From positions 1-55,961 of IMG/VR virus record IMGVR_UViG_3300033814_000040: DNA of 55,961 nt. One strand, given 5' to 3'. Below, in pieces: positions 54,386 through 55,961 of this stretch. Every line of letters starts with the position of its first letter. Positions within the stretch are counted from its first letter, which is position 1. Position numbers and translations under genes: made by a program. The DNA comes from a virus (taxonomy: Duplodnaviria > Caudoviricetes). Under the pieces are notes generated by a model, which was not told the origin of the DNA, did no database searches, and saw nothing but the letters and a program-made list of their open reading frames with translations.

Positions 54386-54413
54386 AAATAAAAAAGGCCC
54401 CCTGGAGGGGCCT
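54386..54413 (-). terminator. terminator of the cI (lysogenic) transcript
   Basis: Minus strand AGGCCCC-TCCAG-GGGGCCT followed by TTTTTATTT. Confidence 0.75.
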
Positions 54414-54446
54414 CGCGTGCGGTCGCCGTTCACCTAAATCAAGGAA

Positions 54447-55061
54447 TCAGAAGCGATATCCTACATTTGCCGTCGCCGTAAACCCATCGAGATGGGAGCC
54501 GAACGGACCACTACTGGGGATGATCGATTCATTGGTTTTCGCCCAGATATACTTGCCTTCAACCCCCAAGAACAGGGCCGGGTTGATATTGATATTTCCT
54601 CCAAAGAGGACATGGTATCCGAATGAGGTGCTCATGTCGGAATCGCCCCCGACGACTCCCGGCAGAGTGGACGAGACATTGATCTTCGCGAAATAAACTC
54701 CCGCCCCTGGTCCTGCATAAAGCTCCAGTACCCCAACGGACAAGACCCCCTTGATCGTGTATATGATATCGACCACTTTCAGGGAGAAATCCAAAGAGGG
54801 AATGTGTCCGCTGGCCTTGAAATACCCGACTCCCAGTTCCGACGCGAAATATTGTTGGAAGAGGAGGCCATAAAAGATTTCCCCGCTGAACCCCTCGTTG
54901 AAATCCTTCATGTGGTCGTGCTGCGGGTAGTATGCCCCAAGCTTCAAACCAAAGTAATTTTGGGGCCCCGCATCCGCAGCCACGGAAGGGGAGAGAGGGA
55001 CGAGGAGGAAAAAAAGAACTGCGACCAGAATCCTCGAGACGATCGGGATTGATTTCACCAT
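54447..55061 (-). CDS. outer-membrane 8-stranded beta-barrel protein (OMP_b-brl, Ail/Lom/OmpW-like fold)
   Basis: Signal peptide; alternating amphipathic strands; C-terminal VGYRF beta-signal. Confidence 0.85.
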   Translation of the reverse strand: MVKSIPIVSRILVAVLFFLLVPLSPSVAADAGPQNYFGLKLGAYYPQHDHMKDFNEGFSGEIFYGLLFQQYFASELGVGYFKASGHIPSLDFSLKVVDIIYTIKGVLSVGVLELYAGPGAGVYFAKINVSSTLPGVVGGDSDMSTSFGYHVLFGGNININPALFLGVEGKYIWAKTNESIIPSSGPFGSHLDGFTATANVGYRF

Positions 55062-55078
55062 CGGATCCTCCTTTGATT

Positions 55079-55294
55079 TCATTCTTCGGGTTTCCCGGCG
55101 TGGCCACAGTATCCGACGCGCTTCGTGCCATGAACCCCGGGCTGCACACGCCATCGCCACCAGGCGCACCGGGATCCCTGGCAGGCATCGTCTATCAGCC
55201 GGGGGAATTCGCTGGAATCATTTTCGGTAAGAAAGAAGGCGAGAGCAAAGATCGGGCAGGCTTTTTCGCGGGCTTTTTCTTCGGTAAGCCACAT
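55079..55294 (-). CDS. small Cys-rich protein
   Basis: LTEEKA..K.CP...CQGSRCAWW...GYCG. Confidence 0.6.
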   Translation of the reverse strand: MWLTEEKAREKACPIFALAFFLTENDSSEFPRLIDDACQGSRCAWWRWRVQPGVHGTKRVGYCGHAGKPEE

Positions 55295-55342
55295 TGCAAT
55301 ACCCCGATAGAAACGCAGATCGGCGGCTATGTCAACACGGTT

Positions 55343-55961
55343 CTATACAGCCTGCCAGACCCAGACCACCCGGCCGATTATCGGAGACTCCTGCGTCCTC
55401 AAATCCATGGTCATGGGAGGTTGCGATAGGTTCGAGCTGATTAAGATCATCAGGTCGCCCGAGATTCGCACGTATTTCACTGAGACGCCTTCCTGGCTGG
55501 TTCGGACGGCGTAGATGGCATTGTCCTCGTATTTCTTCCCGGCGGGGCGAGCTGCCCGGTCCACGCAAACCATTGAACCCGCGCGGATGGTCGGCTCCAT
55601 CGATTCCCCGGTAACGCGAATGCAGACGAGGTCTCGGCTGCGCCCATGCAGCTGATCGACAGGGATCCATGCCCAGTCCTCCACGATATCGTCGGGGACG
55701 CGGCCGGGCCCTGCGGCAACCGATCCGCTTACGATGGGAACCTCGATCAGTTCGGTGCGGCGCTCCGGAAGGCCAGCGATGTTTTTGAGGCTTGTAGCCC
55801 GGATCACAACGGAAGAGGGCAGGGAGCGCACAATTGGTTTCTTACCAGCCAGTTCGTCGATGGAAATCTTGAAATGGTCTGCCAGGTCCGCAGCGGTATC
55901 AAGCCTTGGGGCGACATTTTCATTCGGGTTCAGATATTTGCTGACCTGTTGCTGGGAGACC
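55343..55961 (-). CDS. cI: CI-like repressor (XRE HTH plus S24 autopeptidase), 5'-truncated
   Basis: Frame open to the window end: VSQQQVSKYL...PRLDTAADLADHFKISIDEL HTH; VTGESMEP (Ser) and VSVK (Lys); AAG cleavage-site motif. Confidence 0.9.
   Translation of the reverse strand, partial: VSQQQVSKYLNPNENVAPRLDTAADLADHFKISIDELAGKKPIVRSLPSSVVIRATSLKNIAGLPERRTELIEVPIVSGSVAAGPGRVPDDIVEDWAWIPVDQLHGRSRDLVCIRVTGESMEPTIRAGSMVCVDRAARPAGKKYEDNAIYAVRTSQEGVSVKYVRISGDLMILISSNLSQPPMTMDLRTQESPIIGRVVWVWQAV

Noticed and set aside
1-55961. Closed circular genome with terminal redundancy
   Set aside because: The ends do not overlap; the cI start, PR/PRM and cro are absent, so a small gap remains.

Overview
The window is almost the whole genome (~56 kb, GC-rich) of a temperate, lambda-like, long-tailed phage. 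The host is probably a Gram-negative (diderm) bacterium. The sequence is opened within the immunity region: it starts inside a CII-like gene and ends inside the cI-like repressor, so the cI 5' end, PR/PRM and cro are missing. The order on the + strand is: early/replication genes (initiator with internal iterons and a DnaA box), late control, a ParB-DNA methyltransferase split by a poly-G frameshift, a small divergent operon, terminases, a portal-MuF fusion, protease and HK97 capsid. A 7-gene sugar-modification cluster follows (4 glycosyltransferases, 2 SAM methyltransferases, 1 DegT aminotransferase), inserted between the capsid and head-tail connector genes. After it come the neck/tail genes with a -1 frameshift chaperone, tape measure, tail tip, an unusual repeat-based fibre module, and lysis genes interleaved with secreted FN3-like paralogs. 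An intact attP (3' half of tRNA-Thr(CGT) with arm, IHF and Xis-like sites) lies mid-window, implying an excised or virion form. The - strand carries int/xis, recombination genes, the PL operon, an outer-membrane beta-barrel gene and cI. Four candidates stand out. (1) A putative virion-glycosylation system whose first glycosyltransferase carries an N-terminal copy of the small protein encoded just after the capsid gene. (2) A fibre possibly assembled by in-trans donor-strand complementation. (3) A possibly phase-variable methyltransferase. (4) An acr-aca-like divergent operon. All family assignments are by visual motif recognition; no database search was run.
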